Assembly: GCF_036321535.1 (NCBI RefSeq)
Contig: NC_087438.1
Coordinates: 6,636,001-6,700,000 of the forward strand
Direction of reading: 5' to 3'
Length of the DNA stretch: 64,000 nt
Source: Camelus dromedarius
Lineage: Eukaryota
Shown here: one piece after another, positions 63,001 to 64,000 of the stretch
Numbering within the stretch: position 1 is the first letter of the stretch
Layout of the letters: every line of letters starts with the position of its first letter
The notes under the pieces: generated by a model
The model's input: the letters and a program-made list of their open reading frames with translations, nothing else
What the model was told of the DNA's origin: nothing
Databases searched by the model: none
Program-made: the position numbers and the translations under genes

Positions 63001-63494
63001 GGTGGCGGGCTCTGGCCAGTCAGGCTCTTCCACTGCCAATCGCGGATGCCGACATCCGTGCCAGCGGCCATGCTACCCTAGTGCAATTAACAGATGCCTG
63101 GGCCAGAGCGACTGTTCCTCACTGTTGCCATCACTCTGACTTTGCTGCTGACTCTTAATCATTTTAACAATGTGGCATGCTGCTATTTTTGTTTGTTTGA
63201 TACATGCTGGGGTGGCAATATTTTCCAAAGAATTGTTCAGAATGGGATAAAATCACTAGTTGACTTGTGCAAGTTTTAAGTATTTTTAATGGCAGGAAAG
63301 TTAGCATGCATGACAATAAAAGAGGCACATTGGAATCTCCCAAAATCAATAGGACAATTTAAGCACACGCCTGCCTTATGTTTCCCTGAAGAGAAATACT
63401 TTATAGCTCCTTTGACATAAAATATAAACCTTCCATGCATTAATTTACTTGAGTGGTTTTGATCTCCATATATTTTCCATCTGTACCTCTGATT

Positions 63495-63938
63495 TATTAG
63501 GGCAATGCTATAACAAACCCAACATTCAGGTTAAGATAATGAGATTTTTTTTTCCTGTTCATGTAATAGTCCAGTGAGAAATTCCTCATTAGCAGGCTGT
63601 TTTGCTCTAACTAGTGATTCAAAGACCCTAACACCCTCCTACATGGAACTCCACTATCCCTGGGTGCTGCGGGAGACCCCCTGAAGTTTCAGTTTTCAAA
63701 CAGCAGAAAGTCAAGGAGACGGTGGATAAGGCTCATTTGCTCCTTAAATAACCCAGCAAAGATATGATGCACATCACTTTTGCCCACATCTCACTGGAGA
63801 GAACTGGTTCATGGCCAGATCTGGATATAAAGTTGAACTGAAAAATGTCCTAAGTTAGGCCACCACCTACCAGACATGTCTCTATATTGTGGAAGAGGGA
63901 GCACAGTTTGGGGTTTATAGGGAGCCGTCTCTGCCACA
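63495..63938 (-). mobile_element. MLT1K/L-like LTR
   Basis: gctataacaaaccc..cacatcacttttgcccacatctcactggagagaactggttcatggcc..gtctctgccaca. Confidence 0.7.
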
Positions 63939-64000
63939 ACCACTTGGGGGTGTAATACATCTTGTAAATTTTGTTCCCCATATATTTAAAAACATGTCAA

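Noticed and set aside
1..64000. CRISPR arrays, operons, rRNA, processed pseudogenes, intact ERV or transposase genes
   Set aside because: None seen: no regularly spaced repeat-spacer structure and no recognisable non-L1 protein homology in the ORF track.

Overview
Mammalian, not microbial, genomic DNA, most likely a camelid (Vicugna/Lama/Camelus). The basis is four tRNA-Ala(AGC)-derived SINE copies of the Vic-1 type plus artiodactyl-style L1 3' ends. The centre is a ~1.9 kb CpG island (~38.4-40.3 kb) with GC boxes, a consensus CTCF site and a likely largely non-coding first exon on the minus strand (donor CTG|GTGAGC at 39357). Positions 1-39 kb look like 5' introns of an unidentified minus-strand gene with a few candidate exons; 40-64 kb is repeat-rich upstream DNA. 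I found no convincing host protein-coding exon: the only recognisable ORFs are L1 ORF2 remnants, and I could not name the gene. Repeat families were assigned by eye from remembered consensus sequences, so subfamilies and boundaries are approximate. The most interesting observations are composite retroelements bounded by single target-site duplications (SINE+L1 inside an MLT1 LTR, a SINE with an extra hairpin-forming 3' segment, an internally deleted L1 carrying a nested L1), two TATA-to-donor plus-strand mini-exons suggesting divergent or antisense transcripts, a TACGTG (HIF/E-box-like) cluster at the promoter, and a poly(A)-length-dependent reading frame in a candidate exon. I found no support for a wholly new biological system.
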